Below, in pieces: positions 1-9,692 of a stretch of DNA of 64,000 bases (its first letter is position 1; each line of letters begins with the position of its first letter). The translations under genes were made by a program, and so were the position numbers. The stretch covers positions 124,001 to 188,000 of IMG/VR virus record IMGVR_UViG_3300042922_000542; one strand, 5' to 3'. The notes beneath the pieces are model-generated. The model searched no databases, had not been told where the DNA came from, and saw only the letters and a list, made by a program, of their open reading frames with translations.

Positions 1-52
1 CCTCATTAGAACCGAATTGACCATATTTGCTGCTCAACACAATTTTTTCCAT
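1..52 (-). CDS. 5' end of a hypothetical gene running off the window (MEKIVLSSKYGQFGSNE...)
   Basis: GGAGG RBS at 63-67 (minus), ATG at 52, early-type promoter motif at 92-101. Confidence 0.55.
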   Translation of the reverse strand, partial: MEKIVLSSKYGQFGSNE

Positions 53-91
53 TATTATATATCCTCCATTAATATTTTATCATATAATAAT

Positions 92-101
92 ATAATATAT
101 A
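92..101 (-). promoter_or_regulatory. early-type promoter motif TATATATTAT
   Basis: Same 10-mer recurs upstream of many non-structural genes in the window. Confidence 0.55.
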
Positions 102-181
102 ACTATATTCGATTTAGGCATGTATTTAAATCAATATAAATATAATAAAATTAATTTGTAATTTTATATTAAAAAAATAAT

Positions 182-213
182 AAATAGGAGTGGGGATCAC
201 CCCACCCCTATTT
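182..213. terminator. intrinsic terminator hairpin downstream of beta'-N gene
   Basis: AAATAGGAGTGGGG-atca-CCCCACCCCTATTT stem, T-tract on minus strand, 8 nt after stop at 221. Confidence 0.75.
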
Positions 214-220
214 ATTATAT

Positions 221-379
221 TTACATATCACTTAATAATGCAATTGAGATATTCTCAAGTGCAGATACATCTATTTTGATCTCATTGTTTACTCTGTTGA
301 TGATCATATTTTTAGGATTAAATCCTTCAAACATAAATTCTAATTCGTCTAACTCTCCAGCTAGTGAATTCAGTTCATC
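221..379 (-). CDS. rpoC: exon 2 of non-virion RNAP beta'-N subunit (DELNSLAG...LLSDM)
   Basis: Joining GAC GGT (exon 1) to GAT GAA CTG restores NADFDGD-ELN; 52 aa resembling the C-terminus of AR9-type beta'-N. Confidence 0.9.
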   Translation of the reverse strand, partial: DELNSLAGELDELEFMFEGFNPKNMIINRVNNEIKIDVSALENISIALLSDM

Positions 380-1225
380 CGTTCTATTCACATAAGTTCG
401 CAACACCTATGCAGTTCTCTTATGAACTTCCCTAACTTTCATTAGGATACTAGACTATATCTTTACTCTACTGAATTAGAGTACATCTCGTTTCCCATTA
501 CTCTACTATCTTGAAAATAGCAGCCTGTCATTGGCTTACAGGGGTACTCCCATTACTGGGATAGTCGTTGAGGCTGATTCATAATATTAATTGAATTTAT
601 AATAACTCTGGTAAATTATTATATCTTCGTAATTATTCTGGTAAATTACTATCTGCTTCCCCTAGCGATGTCCCATTCTAAATTGTTTACGTTGTTATTG
701 GTCTTGTTCCCGTCTATATGACGAACACAAATCCATCCTTCTGGATTAGGGATAAATGTTCTGGCTACTAATTGATGAACTCTGATCTTATGTATAACTC
801 CTTTGTGTTCAAGTATTACATACAAGGAACCATTTCGGTTGCTACATTGGTCTAATGACTTTCCTGTTATCTTGTCCTTTACATCACCATTTGTACTGAC
901 TCTATATTGGGATCTCTTACCCTGTAGGTATATATCCCTCCATGATGTTTTATTTTTACCCATTAAGCAATTTATCATTTCTATACCCTCATTTATATTT
1001 TTTACCAGATAATATTTAATATTAATATTATGAAGCTTGCCTGCGGATTTGCAATATATCCTTAACATTTTTACTATACCTTAGGAATTACCCCTTGCCA
1101 TTATAACATCACTGTTATTATTTAGTAGTTAAGGCTTTATGCATCCAATTATCAATTTATAATAATCAGATAGAGTTCAAGTAACTCTGGTCCCCGCATA
1201 TATGAGATGATCGGCGACTCATTCC
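380..1225 (-). mobile_element. group I self-splicing intron (846 nt) with homing endonuclease ORF
   Basis: 5' splice site after U (GACGGU) pairs with IGS GCCG(A)UC giving a U.G wobble; intron ends in G (AGAACG|GAT); P element UGCGGGGA, Q element AAUCCGCAG (1041-1049), R element UCAACGACUA (562-571), S element AAGAUAUAGUCU (452-463). Confidence 0.93.
649..978 (-). CDS. intron-encoded NUMOD4-HNH homing endonuclease
   Basis: WRDI..Y.VST.G.V (NUMOD4) plus VHQLVARTFIPNP..VRHIDGNKTNNNVNNLEW (HNH_3). ORF-track start 1068 overlaps the Q element; GAGGG RBS supports ATG at 978. Confidence 0.88.
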   Translation of the reverse strand: MINCLMGKNKTSWRDIYLQGKRSQYRVSTNGDVKDKITGKSLDQCSNRNGSLYVILEHKGVIHKIRVHQLVARTFIPNPEGWICVRHIDGNKTNNNVNNLEWDIARGSR

Positions 1226-2449
1226 ACCGTCAAAATCGGCATTCAGTCCAGGAAGTATACCAGATGGAATTGATAATGTCATATCATCGCTATCAATTTT
1301 GACATTACGAATTTTCATCTTTAATATACTACCAAACGTTATTGTCGGATTTCTATTAATTATTTTCCAAGGCTTATATTTTTTAAGTACTAATTGTATT
1401 ATCGAATATATGTATTCATCATATTGAAATTTAGATTTTAAATAATTATGGGCCTTTGTAATAGTCCATCCCCTATCATTCATTATCTCCCTGATGATTT
1501 TTCCTGAATATAAAACAATAAATGTTTTATATGACACATCAATTTCATCCAATTTGAGTGTCGGGTCTAGTACGATTACATTTCTGCCCGTATAGTTAAA
1601 CTGTCCACCTAATACGTTTGCTCTAGCCCATCCATGTTTACCATCGATGAGTGAGAAATTTAAATTCCATAATTCATTGACTCTTTGCTGAGCAGAGTAT
1701 AAGTATAATGGAACTTCTATAGGTGAAGCTGTTTTAAGATTTAATGTAATTGCTGTTAATGGATGCACGTGCTTGTCAATAGGACTGAAATAATATGATT
1801 CTGTAGTAATTCCCTGTGGACGTAATACTGTGCTATACACAGGTATTTTAGATGTCCATAGAGAATCTTTCTCCGCAATTAATGAATCAATTAAATCAGC
1901 CTTCATTTTTCTCTTCTGTCGATAATATAACATAATTTCTTCAAAGTTTTGATAGAACTCATTCAATCCAATATTATGATATTTTAACATTGATTTTTTA
2001 ACTTCGATATCATCACCGTACTTACGTATTACACCAGTAGATGTTATGATATTATCATTAGCGATTATATTCTCCAAATTCTTCTTACTTAAAGCGGATT
2101 GTAGTTTTTGATAATAATATGGATTTATTACTTTATACGGATAGAAGTTTAGCCATCCTGTATACAAAATATCCACATCGGTGTATTCTATCTTTGTATT
2201 ACACTCTGGACATATTTCACCCTCAAGTATAGCTCCGATGTAATGACCGCACTTGCATCTATACCTATCTGAAAATTCATTATTATCGCCATATGTAGTT
2301 CCATATAAGGGTGAGCGTGGCCCACCCATATTTCGTATAGATTTGTCGATATCACTAAACGGTTTATCCGTTATTAAGAAGCCTTTATCATTCATGATAT
2401 CATAGTAACATTCTGTCTCAAAGTTGATTCTTGAAAATTTCATTCGCAT
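1226..2449 (-). CDS. rpoC: exon 1 of non-virion RNAP beta'-N subunit (spliced product 460 aa)
   Basis: Zn motif RYRCKCG..CPECN, RP motif (STVLRP), GKHGWAR..VLG..NYTGRNVI, INRNPTI, GLNADFDG. Confidence 0.95.
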
Positions 2450-2505
2450 TGTTTACCATTCTCCTTGCCAAATCATTATTTATGTTTAATCGGTAATGAC
2501 TACAT

Positions 2506-3183
2506 TTATTTTCCATCAATCTTCATTTTATCAAGTTTCTCAAAACATTCTTTGATTATCATTGTATCAAAGAATGCATTGTGTTTTGATGATGAGAGTT
2601 CAGGTGTTGCAGATATATTGGTATCCATGATATCCTTGTCACCTGCTTTTATACCTGCAAATTCTTCTCTAGATATATCGGGATCAATATCATTAGCCCA
2701 TAACAAGGTCGATAAATCGATTGGAATATAATTTATAAACTTTGGCATACCCATTGCAGATTTATTAACACCATCATCTTTAGATAACAAATCCACAAAT
2801 AGTATCCAGTCATATGCATAACAATCAGTATAGATTTGTACCTGATCAGTATCTAATATTTCTGCTTCAGTTTCCAACCAATGATGCAATTCTTTTTTGA
2901 TATCTTCTCTGGTGCCAACCATTTCTATATTATATTGCTTCACACCACTATGATTATTAGATGCAAGGCTCTTCAATAAATATGAAAAATCTTCGATATT
3001 ACCATGGGAATGAATTAAATGTCCAATAACTTCTTTTTGAATCCAATCATTAACCTGATTTTTATCATAATCTGTAAATTCGGCGTAGAAATAATTACCC
3101 GATTCTGATATAAATGCTAAACTTATATAAGTACTATTGCGATGCAATCCCGTAAACTCGGAATCATGATAAATTCTATTCAT
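2506..3183 (-). CDS. DEDDh 3'-5' exonuclease, Rv2179c-like
   Basis: DSEFTG, SLAF, YFYAE, AYDWILF and HNAFFD motifs; GGAGG RBS favours ATG at 3183. Confidence 0.8.
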   Translation of the reverse strand: MNRIYHDSEFTGLHRNSTYISLAFISESGNYFYAEFTDYDKNQVNDWIQKEVIGHLIHSHGNIEDFSYLLKSLASNNHSGVKQYNIEMVGTREDIKKELHHWLETEAEILDTDQVQIYTDCYAYDWILFVDLLSKDDGVNKSAMGMPKFINYIPIDLSTLLWANDIDPDISREEFAGIKAGDKDIMDTNISATPELSSSKHNAFFDTMIIKECFEKLDKMKIDGK

Positions 3184-3216
3184 ATTAATATACCCTCCAA
3201 TTAGATCCAAATCTCA

Positions 3217-3402
3217 TCATTTATTATCATCAATCTCACCCGGACATGCATTATCATTATATCCATATGGGTTACAGTGGTGACAGAAACAAAATCCACA
3301 TATAATACATTTTGGTCCGTTACAACAACGTCCATCCTCTTCGACTTCATATGCAAAATCATCAATGTCGCCATCTTTATCCAATTGCCATGTATGTTTC
3401 AT
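3217..3402 (-). CDS. small Cys-rich (Zn-binding) hypothetical protein
   Basis: CCNGPKCIICGFCFCHHC; AAAGGA RBS; tightly packed in the operon. Confidence 0.65.
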   Translation of the reverse strand: MKHTWQLDKDGDIDDFAYEVEEDGRCCNGPKCIICGFCFCHHCNPYGYNDNACPGEIDDNK

Positions 3403-3417
3403 ATACGCGCATCCTTT

Positions 3418-5112
3418 CTATACGTTGATTCCAATATTTTGATTTGCTAGAATTAAAAATGTTATTAGCTCATCTATCAATTGCCTTTTATTGAATGTAA
3501 TTTCTTTATCATATATATCGGGATTTTCATATAGTACGAATTTATATTTACTATTAGCAAACGTTATTAAAAATTTCTTAATTATATCATCATTGATATT
3601 GATTATGTTAGAATAATATTTCTTTACCAATGCAACATAATCATCGTTATCCTTTAAATATTTCATATCTTTGATGTACATTTTTTCTCCAACTGGGCGT
3701 TCTTCTATATTGGCAGTTAATATTAAAGGAAGTGCTGAATCACAGAGCGTGTTTTTATCAACATTGAAACGTTTCATAATATCACATCTCATGATTAATA
3801 GCAGTTTATACCAATCGAGATTTCTTAATAGAGCAAATTCTTGAGATGAGCCTGTATAGTTGAAGAAATATATTTCGATCATTAATTGATGGAGTCTCCC
3901 GGGTTTCATATTTCGTCTATAGTATTCAACCTCAGCAATAGATATTTCCTTTTCGTATTTCTTATAGAGGCTTTCAACCAACTGCTTCATATCGAGACTG
4001 CATAATGTTACATATTCTTCATTTATCTTCATTTTAGATGCTCGATATCTATCATTTTTACTATTACCATCCGCATCTGGTATGATTGATGTTTCAATTA
4101 GATTACGACGGAATACTTGCATAATAAAGTTACTGATGTGGGTATTCACTATGGAACATAGAAAAGATAGCACTCGCTCCCTAGGTTGTTCTTTAATACC
4201 ATCCCACGTTTGTGGCATTTGAAACTTGATAAAATTATCAATAATAACATTTCTGCTCATTAATTGATTTATGATTATTGATTTATCTTTACCTTCAATT
4301 TCCTGCTGTTCAAATATTGACTTATTGAAGTTATATGATGAATTAACTTTATTTTCAATATACGCAAATATTTTATTGTATATATTGAAATCATGTTCGA
4401 ACACTTCAAACATGTCTATGTAGAATTTATGGAATAGGTCTATGTTTTTCTGAATATTGATACTACGCATAACTGCGAAGTGATTTATAATGAATGATAA
4501 TATTTTTATACCAAATGCTATTTCGAGCATGGCTTTCACATGTTCGTTTAAAAATTCAAGTGATTTCTTTTTACGTTGCATAATGGATAACATGTCTGGG
4601 TTCTTCATGTTATTGGTGTTTTCAGCTTCAATATCATCCATATAATTTTCTTCAACCATTTGAGTTATTTTAGCTTTAATTGAAGGCGTGAATATAGTTT
4701 TATAACATAAATCTTTAAATGCATCAAAGTTCTTCAATGTAAATGAAATGTTATCAACATCTATCAAATATTTTATTCTAAATAATGCTGCTATGAGTTC
4801 ACCTTCTTTATCATACATCGTTTCAAAGAAGTTCAATTCCTCACATAGTTTTGGAAGATATGTTGAGTATGATAGCTTAGTCACCTTCCATTCATTAAGA
4901 ACTGATATATTTTCATTTCCTAATTGATTTAATTCTTTATTGAATTTTATTATTAATATCTTTGGTAATGCGAAAAATCTAGCATCGTCCGGATATAATT
5001 TCCATTTAATCCAATATGATGATGCTCCATTAGGGAATGAGTGTTTCTTATAATCCCACCTAGGTAAGTCCTTTACTTTTTCAACCGGTTTTAGTGCATT
5101 AATTTGAAGCAT
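3418..5112 (-). CDS. sigma-like promoter-specificity subunit of non-virion RNAP (AR9 gp226 / phiKZ gp68 family)
   Basis: Colinear resemblance, from recall, to AR9 gp226: KFNKEL..ENISVLNEWKVTKLSY, LIAALFRIKY, ITQMVEENY, AMLEIAFGIKILSFII, C-terminal ITFNKRQLIDELITFL; lies in the operon leading to beta'-N. Confidence 0.75.
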   Translation of the reverse strand: MLQINALKPVEKVKDLPRWDYKKHSFPNGASSYWIKWKLYPDDARFFALPKILIIKFNKELNQLGNENISVLNEWKVTKLSYSTYLPKLCEELNFFETMYDKEGELIAALFRIKYLIDVDNISFTLKNFDAFKDLCYKTIFTPSIKAKITQMVEENYMDDIEAENTNNMKNPDMLSIMQRKKKSLEFLNEHVKAMLEIAFGIKILSFIINHFAVMRSINIQKNIDLFHKFYIDMFEVFEHDFNIYNKIFAYIENKVNSSYNFNKSIFEQQEIEGKDKSIIINQLMSRNVIIDNFIKFQMPQTWDGIKEQPRERVLSFLCSIVNTHISNFIMQVFRRNLIETSIIPDADGNSKNDRYRASKMKINEEYVTLCSLDMKQLVESLYKKYEKEISIAEVEYYRRNMKPGRLHQLMIEIYFFNYTGSSQEFALLRNLDWYKLLLIMRCDIMKRFNVDKNTLCDSALPLILTANIEERPVGEKMYIKDMKYLKDNDDYVALVKKYYSNIININDDIIKKFLITFANSKYKFVLYENPDIYDKEITFNKRQLIDELITFLILANQNIGINV

Positions 5113-5875
5113 ATTCCGTCAAGTCCTCCTTTTTATATGATGATAGTATTTTTTCTGTTTCAACAGCTAGGTTATGTAAATCAGCTGCAGAGAATGATTC
5201 AACACGTAATGTGAGATTATCTTTTGATATTTCATAGAGGTCATGCTTAAACGTCTTATTATTATCGATATAATTGTATCGATAATCATGTGCTAACAAA
5301 AGATGTGAATATGTTCCAACTAAAACATCTGATAGTTCTTTAAATAATTCAATATCAGATATTATATATGTGAAATTATGATCACAATGCTTGATTGCCG
5401 CTGTTAAGTCACCATAAACATATTTAACGGGTATTCCCCTGAATATATTCACAATGTCATCTTCTATATGCGGTTCATACTCTCTACTGTATATAAACAC
5501 TGGAAATGTCATATGTTGCTTCTTATACACTGATAATAGTTTACATATATTTAGTGACGGCGCCAGATCATATAGCGATTTATCAGTGTTTAATATTTCT
5601 AAAATCATTTTATCAAGATCTTCATGTTTATATTTATTGAGATAATCAATGCATATTAATGGATTCTGATATCGTCTCTTAACATACCATTCTACCATTG
5701 ATAATGATTTATTTTTCGATAAAATATTAATCGGTAAATTGTATTTATCTTCGTTTAATATCATTTTTAATGTAGCCCATAAATATACAGGCTTTACAAT
5801 ATCATGATATTGAATGAACATCCCAGCTCCACCTGAGAAGAATATATTTGTATCAAATTTATTATTAAAATCCAT
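5099..5875 (-). CDS. hypothetical protein, possibly degenerate HAD-like fold
   Basis: 258-aa ORF overlapping the sigma-like gene start; no intact DxD motif. Confidence 0.6.
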   Translation of the reverse strand: MDFNNKFDTNIFFSGGAGMFIQYHDIVKPVYLWATLKMILNEDKYNLPINILSKNKSLSMVEWYVKRRYQNPLICIDYLNKYKHEDLDKMILEILNTDKSLYDLAPSLNICKLLSVYKKQHMTFPVFIYSREYEPHIEDDIVNIFRGIPVKYVYGDLTAAIKHCDHNFTYIISDIELFKELSDVLVGTYSHLLLAHDYRYNYIDNNKTFKHDLYEISKDNLTLRVESFSAADLHNLAVETEKILSSYKKEDLTEYASN

Positions 5876-5906
5876 TTTAAAATATCACCTCAAGCCATAA
5901 GATTGA

Positions 5907-5929
5907 AAAGGATACTATCAGTATCCTTT
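5907..5929. terminator. hairpin between 5943 ORF and 5875 ORF
   Basis: AAAGGATACT-atc-AGTATCCTTT perfect 10-bp stem; weak U-tract. Confidence 0.5.
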
Positions 5930-5942
5930 CCATATAAAATTA

Positions 5943-6746
5943 TTATTCTTGGATACTATATGATCCCATTCCTATAGATTGTGATGGAGTATTATTAGCC
6001 CATGGTGCAGGTGCATTGTTATTTTGATTATTATTTTGATAATTGTTTTGGTATCCATTATTTTGATATGGTTTCTTGTAGTTGTTATAAGGCTTCTTCT
6101 GGTATCCATTATTTTGATATTTATTTTGATAGCCGCCTTGCTGTTGCTGCTGATTGCCATCACCTTGAGGTTGTTTATTTTCCTGAGCCTTTGCAAAATC
6201 TTCAGTTAATTTATTGAGGTGTCTATCGGCATTAATTCCAGTTAAATAACCTTCTATAATTTTTATAAATACCAGCAACCCACTTTCTATTATTTGAGAT
6301 ATGTTTTGGCCATTCTTGGTTATCTGAATGATTTTTGTATCAAATTTGAATAACACTGTTTCACCATTCTTTTCAATTGATAACCAGGTAGTCATTTGAT
6401 TGTTTTGATCAAGTTTACGCTCAAGTACTACTCGCACTCCATTATTGCATTCGACTGGTACTCTCATTGTATCAGTGTGATTTATATTTTTTATGATATC
6501 CATTGCAGCATATTGTAGTAATGCAGCACCTTCATAATTTATAGTAGTGGTAATTGATTTAGGCTCATTGTATTTATTCTTACCATTTGCATCTTTAGTC
6601 ATAAATGGTACAAATTTAAATGATAGATTTGTATTATAGAATGTAATCGTTAGGTACGATAAATTCTCTGAATATAGTGTACGGATATGTGTGCTAGTTC
6701 CTTTGCTAGCATTATTGTTATTATTAAACTCTGCCATGTGTGTCAT
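5943..6746 (-). CDS. putative ssDNA-binding protein with Q/N/Y-rich tail
   Basis: Beta-rich N-terminal 190 aa then a low-complexity GGYQNKYQNNGYQ..NNQNNN tail; downstream of DNA polymerase. SSB call is inference. Confidence 0.45.
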   Translation of the reverse strand: MTHMAEFNNNNNASKGTSTHIRTLYSENLSYLTITFYNTNLSFKFVPFMTKDANGKNKYNEPKSITTTINYEGAALLQYAAMDIIKNINHTDTMRVPVECNNGVRVVLERKLDQNNQMTTWLSIEKNGETVLFKFDTKIIQITKNGQNISQIIESGLLVFIKIIEGYLTGINADRHLNKLTEDFAKAQENKQPQGDGNQQQQQGGYQNKYQNNGYQKKPYNNYKKPYQNNGYQNNYQNNNQNNNAPAPWANNTPSQSIGMGSYSIQE

Positions 6747-6763
6747 CCTCCAAATTTATTTTT

Positions 6764-7567
6764 TTAATTTTCTTGACTTGATAAATTTAATTTCATATCT
6801 TCTTCAAATAATCTAATCATAGTTGTATAATTTATGATTTCCATAGAAAATACTTCATTCTGATATAGTTTAGGTGTATATTTTCGAAGAAAGTTTCCTA
6901 TGATTTGATTATTAGTAAATAAATCATATATTTCTTTATCCCCTGTTAACTGAATAAATTCAACTGGTGTCACCTTTTGAATTAATGGTGAAAATAGTTC
7001 CATTAATGTTTGAACTTGATTAAAATATGCATCATCATCAAGACCATCTTCAATCATACCATTGATTGATGATGCAATAACTGTCTTGAAATTATTCTTA
7101 GCATTCAATATAAAATATTCATATGCACGTTGAATCATGAATTGAAGATCTTCACGATTACTATTCTCAGCATCATTTATTGATATAAATAATCTAGTCT
7201 CGAATAAATGTAATATATTGTCAGTAAATACATCATATATTTTATCGAGACACACTTTAACTTCATGCGGATAATCTTCGCCTTCATTATCACATAATGC
7301 TTTATATGAATTTGCAAGTTGCTCATAAAATACATTTACATAATTTGCAGTGTCTTCCATATTGATATAATCATCAAATTGAACCTTAATACTTTCAATG
7401 ATAGTCTTAAATGAAATGTCACCAAGGAAGTGCACCTGCTGCATCAACTGATTATAATCTATGGGTTTATCGTCATAGTCATAATCATCCACTTCTTCCA
7501 AATCATCGTCAAGCGTGATATCATCCTGCTGAATTATTCCATTATTCATAATTAATCCACCTCTCAA
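6764..7567 (-). CDS. hypothetical protein (acidic N-terminus)
   Basis: 267-aa ORF, GAGAGGTG RBS. Confidence 0.7.
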   Translation of the reverse strand: MRGGLIMNNGIIQQDDITLDDDLEEVDDYDYDDKPIDYNQLMQQVHFLGDISFKTIIESIKVQFDDYINMEDTANYVNVFYEQLANSYKALCDNEGEDYPHEVKVCLDKIYDVFTDNILHLFETRLFISINDAENSNREDLQFMIQRAYEYFILNAKNNFKTVIASSINGMIEDGLDDDAYFNQVQTLMELFSPLIQKVTPVEFIQLTGDKEIYDLFTNNQIIGNFLRKYTPKLYQNEVFSMEIINYTTMIRLFEEDMKLNLSSQEN

Positions 7568-7601
7568 TTTTATTTATTTTTACATATGTTATGTTCAAGT
7601 A

Positions 7602-9629
7602 CTATAAAGATATTAAACTAGTTGTAATATTAGCTTTACCATTCGGGGTCTTAATTGGAATAGTTTCTAATTTGAATGCATCTAATACAGATCTAAAAGA
7701 ACTGCATACATCCGAGATGATTGTAGTGTAATCTATTAATTCTCTAATCCATTCAGGTGTTTCATGTATAGTTGACGGTATTGCGATAACTTTCATTCCA
7801 GCTTTAATTAATTCAGGATCCGATGATTTAAATATATTATTATAAATTAATTTATATTCTTCTGGATATTTATCTTTTATCTTATCTAGATCCTGTAAAC
7901 CTGTCACAACTGTCTTTACTAATTTAACTTTGTCCAATGAATATATTTTATTATTAGGATACATTGCATTCCATACTGCCACTGCTTTATATACTTGAAC
8001 CGACCATGGTTTCTTATAAGCATCTCCTGATTTATAACTCTGAGGTTTGAGATATTGAGTTCCACCTTGTTTTAGATCATGATATATTTCCTTCTCAAAT
8101 CTTTTTACCTCTCGCATCAACTCATGTAGTTGCAATTCCTCTGAGAACAAAATATATTTTTCTAGCATTTTTGTAAATACCTTAGTAACGTGATCGCTAA
8201 CACCGGCCTTTATAAAATCCAATCCTTTGATTTCAGTCTTATATGGAACCATAATGTGACCCTCACGTAATACAATGCTACTAGCATATCTCTTTTTCTT
8301 TTGCATCAATAAAAATCGTTTAAATAGGAATTCATTTTTCATTGTCATTTCTTTACGTGCATCCGCATTTGCATTATGTAAGATACCGTATGTGTCAAGT
8401 ATTTTTTTAACTGGGGTATCGAGTAGCGTTGCTAATATGTTAACTGTTATCATTTCATTATACAAACGATTTCTATTGAATGTTTCATCCTTACATATTG
8501 CATCAAGTATAAATGTTACAAATTCATTAGTATACAATACATTTGAATCAGTATCAACTAACAATACCCTATTTCGGAAATGATTATTCAATTTAATAAT
8601 ACTATCCGGAGTTAAATAATTCACAAAGCACATCTGTGTTACGATTTCAACTAATTTTGTCATTTCATTCTTTATAATATCTGGAATCGTATATGGGTCT
8701 AGGAACATTTCTCGAGATACCCAATCATTGTATTTATTGATCTCTGAAAATTTATTTTTGAATTCATCAGGTATTGTATCTTCAGATGCTTCATATAATG
8801 GGAGATTACTTAATACATCCCGAATTATATTTTTAACTTTATCATGTCTCTCAATAAACGTGTGCAAGTTATTTGCATAAAATATATAACATAGCTCACT
8901 ATCAGTACAATTATCGATATATGCATTAATTGTAACTGTATCTTTTATATCGAATGGCATGAAATGTGATATAATACGATGACGGATTTCATCTCTACTT
9001 GGAATTACAACCCATTTTGGAATCTCATCTTCTTTTGCACAAATATGATTTAACCAATCAATACATTCATTAATATGGAAAAATTTCATATTATCGCCAA
9101 TATATCCTTCAAAGAACGCTGCCATTGTGGTTATGATACTTTGCGCCATAAGAGTTGTTGCAGCGGGTGAATATTTTGTATAGAAAGCTGCAGTTGGAGC
9201 ACCAGATCCGCCATATTCAGCATTCATTACAACTTTAACATTACTTTGACCAAGATCCAACATAGCATATTTATCATCACTAGGTTTATATTTAAACATT
9301 TCACCCTTGATGCTTTTTCTTTCCTTCTTTAACGATCGGAGCATGTTTGACGTTGGAGACTGTAATACTTCAGGTTGAACATAGAAAGTAGCATTACCTG
9401 ATACAACCGGACACTTTGTATCAATCCAATGACATAAATCAACTAAATTTGTTACTAAATTTTCTTTTGTTACATTATTATCCATAATTATCGTCGGATT
9501 CGACATATCTTGTTTCATACTTTTTATAACAGTTTTTCTAACAAGTTCTGCATCTAAGGTTGGATCCATTTTCAAGATGGTGTCAACTGCTGTTTCTACA
9601 TATTTTGATTTAAAACTCATACTCATCAC
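7602..9629 (-). CDS. polB: family B DNA polymerase, phiKZ/AR9-type split catalytic subunit
   Basis: KVVMNAEYG (motif B), VDTDS (motif C), KKRYA, EIKGLDFIK; no exonuclease domain and no motif A in this ORF. Confidence 0.9.
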   Translation of the reverse strand: MMSMSFKSKYVETAVDTILKMDPTLDAELVRKTVIKSMKQDMSNPTIIMDNNVTKENLVTNLVDLCHWIDTKCPVVSGNATFYVQPEVLQSPTSNMLRSLKKERKSIKGEMFKYKPSDDKYAMLDLGQSNVKVVMNAEYGGSGAPTAAFYTKYSPAATTLMAQSIITTMAAFFEGYIGDNMKFFHINECIDWLNHICAKEDEIPKWVVIPSRDEIRHRIISHFMPFDIKDTVTINAYIDNCTDSELCYIFYANNLHTFIERHDKVKNIIRDVLSNLPLYEASEDTIPDEFKNKFSEINKYNDWVSREMFLDPYTIPDIIKNEMTKLVEIVTQMCFVNYLTPDSIIKLNNHFRNRVLLVDTDSNVLYTNEFVTFILDAICKDETFNRNRLYNEMITVNILATLLDTPVKKILDTYGILHNANADARKEMTMKNEFLFKRFLLMQKKKRYASSIVLREGHIMVPYKTEIKGLDFIKAGVSDHVTKVFTKMLEKYILFSEELQLHELMREVKRFEKEIYHDLKQGGTQYLKPQSYKSGDAYKKPWSVQVYKAVAVWNAMYPNNKIYSLDKVKLVKTVVTGLQDLDKIKDKYPEEYKLIYNNIFKSSDPELIKAGMKVIAIPSTIHETPEWIRELIDYTTIISDVCSSFRSVLDAFKLETIPIKTPNGKANITTSLISL

Positions 9630-9654
9630 CTTCTTTATTTCATTTATTAATTTT

Positions 9655-9664
9655 ATAATATATC
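9655..9664 (-). promoter_or_regulatory. early-type promoter motif GATATATTAT upstream of polB
   Basis: Recurrent motif about 25 nt upstream of the start. Confidence 0.55.
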
Positions 9665-9692
9665 ATTAATATTAAATATGTAAATTTAATAA

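Noticed and set aside
221-406. Independent 61-aa gene
   Set aside because: It is exon 2; the first nine codons are intron sequence
1166-1225. ORF-track C-terminus NADFDGGMSRR suggesting a catalytically dead beta'
   Set aside because: It is read-through into the intron; splicing restores NADFDGD
1-5875. Chimallin (nuclear shell) gene beside beta'-N as in phiKZ
   Set aside because: No neighbouring ORF of suitable size or character; absence from the whole genome cannot be judged from this window
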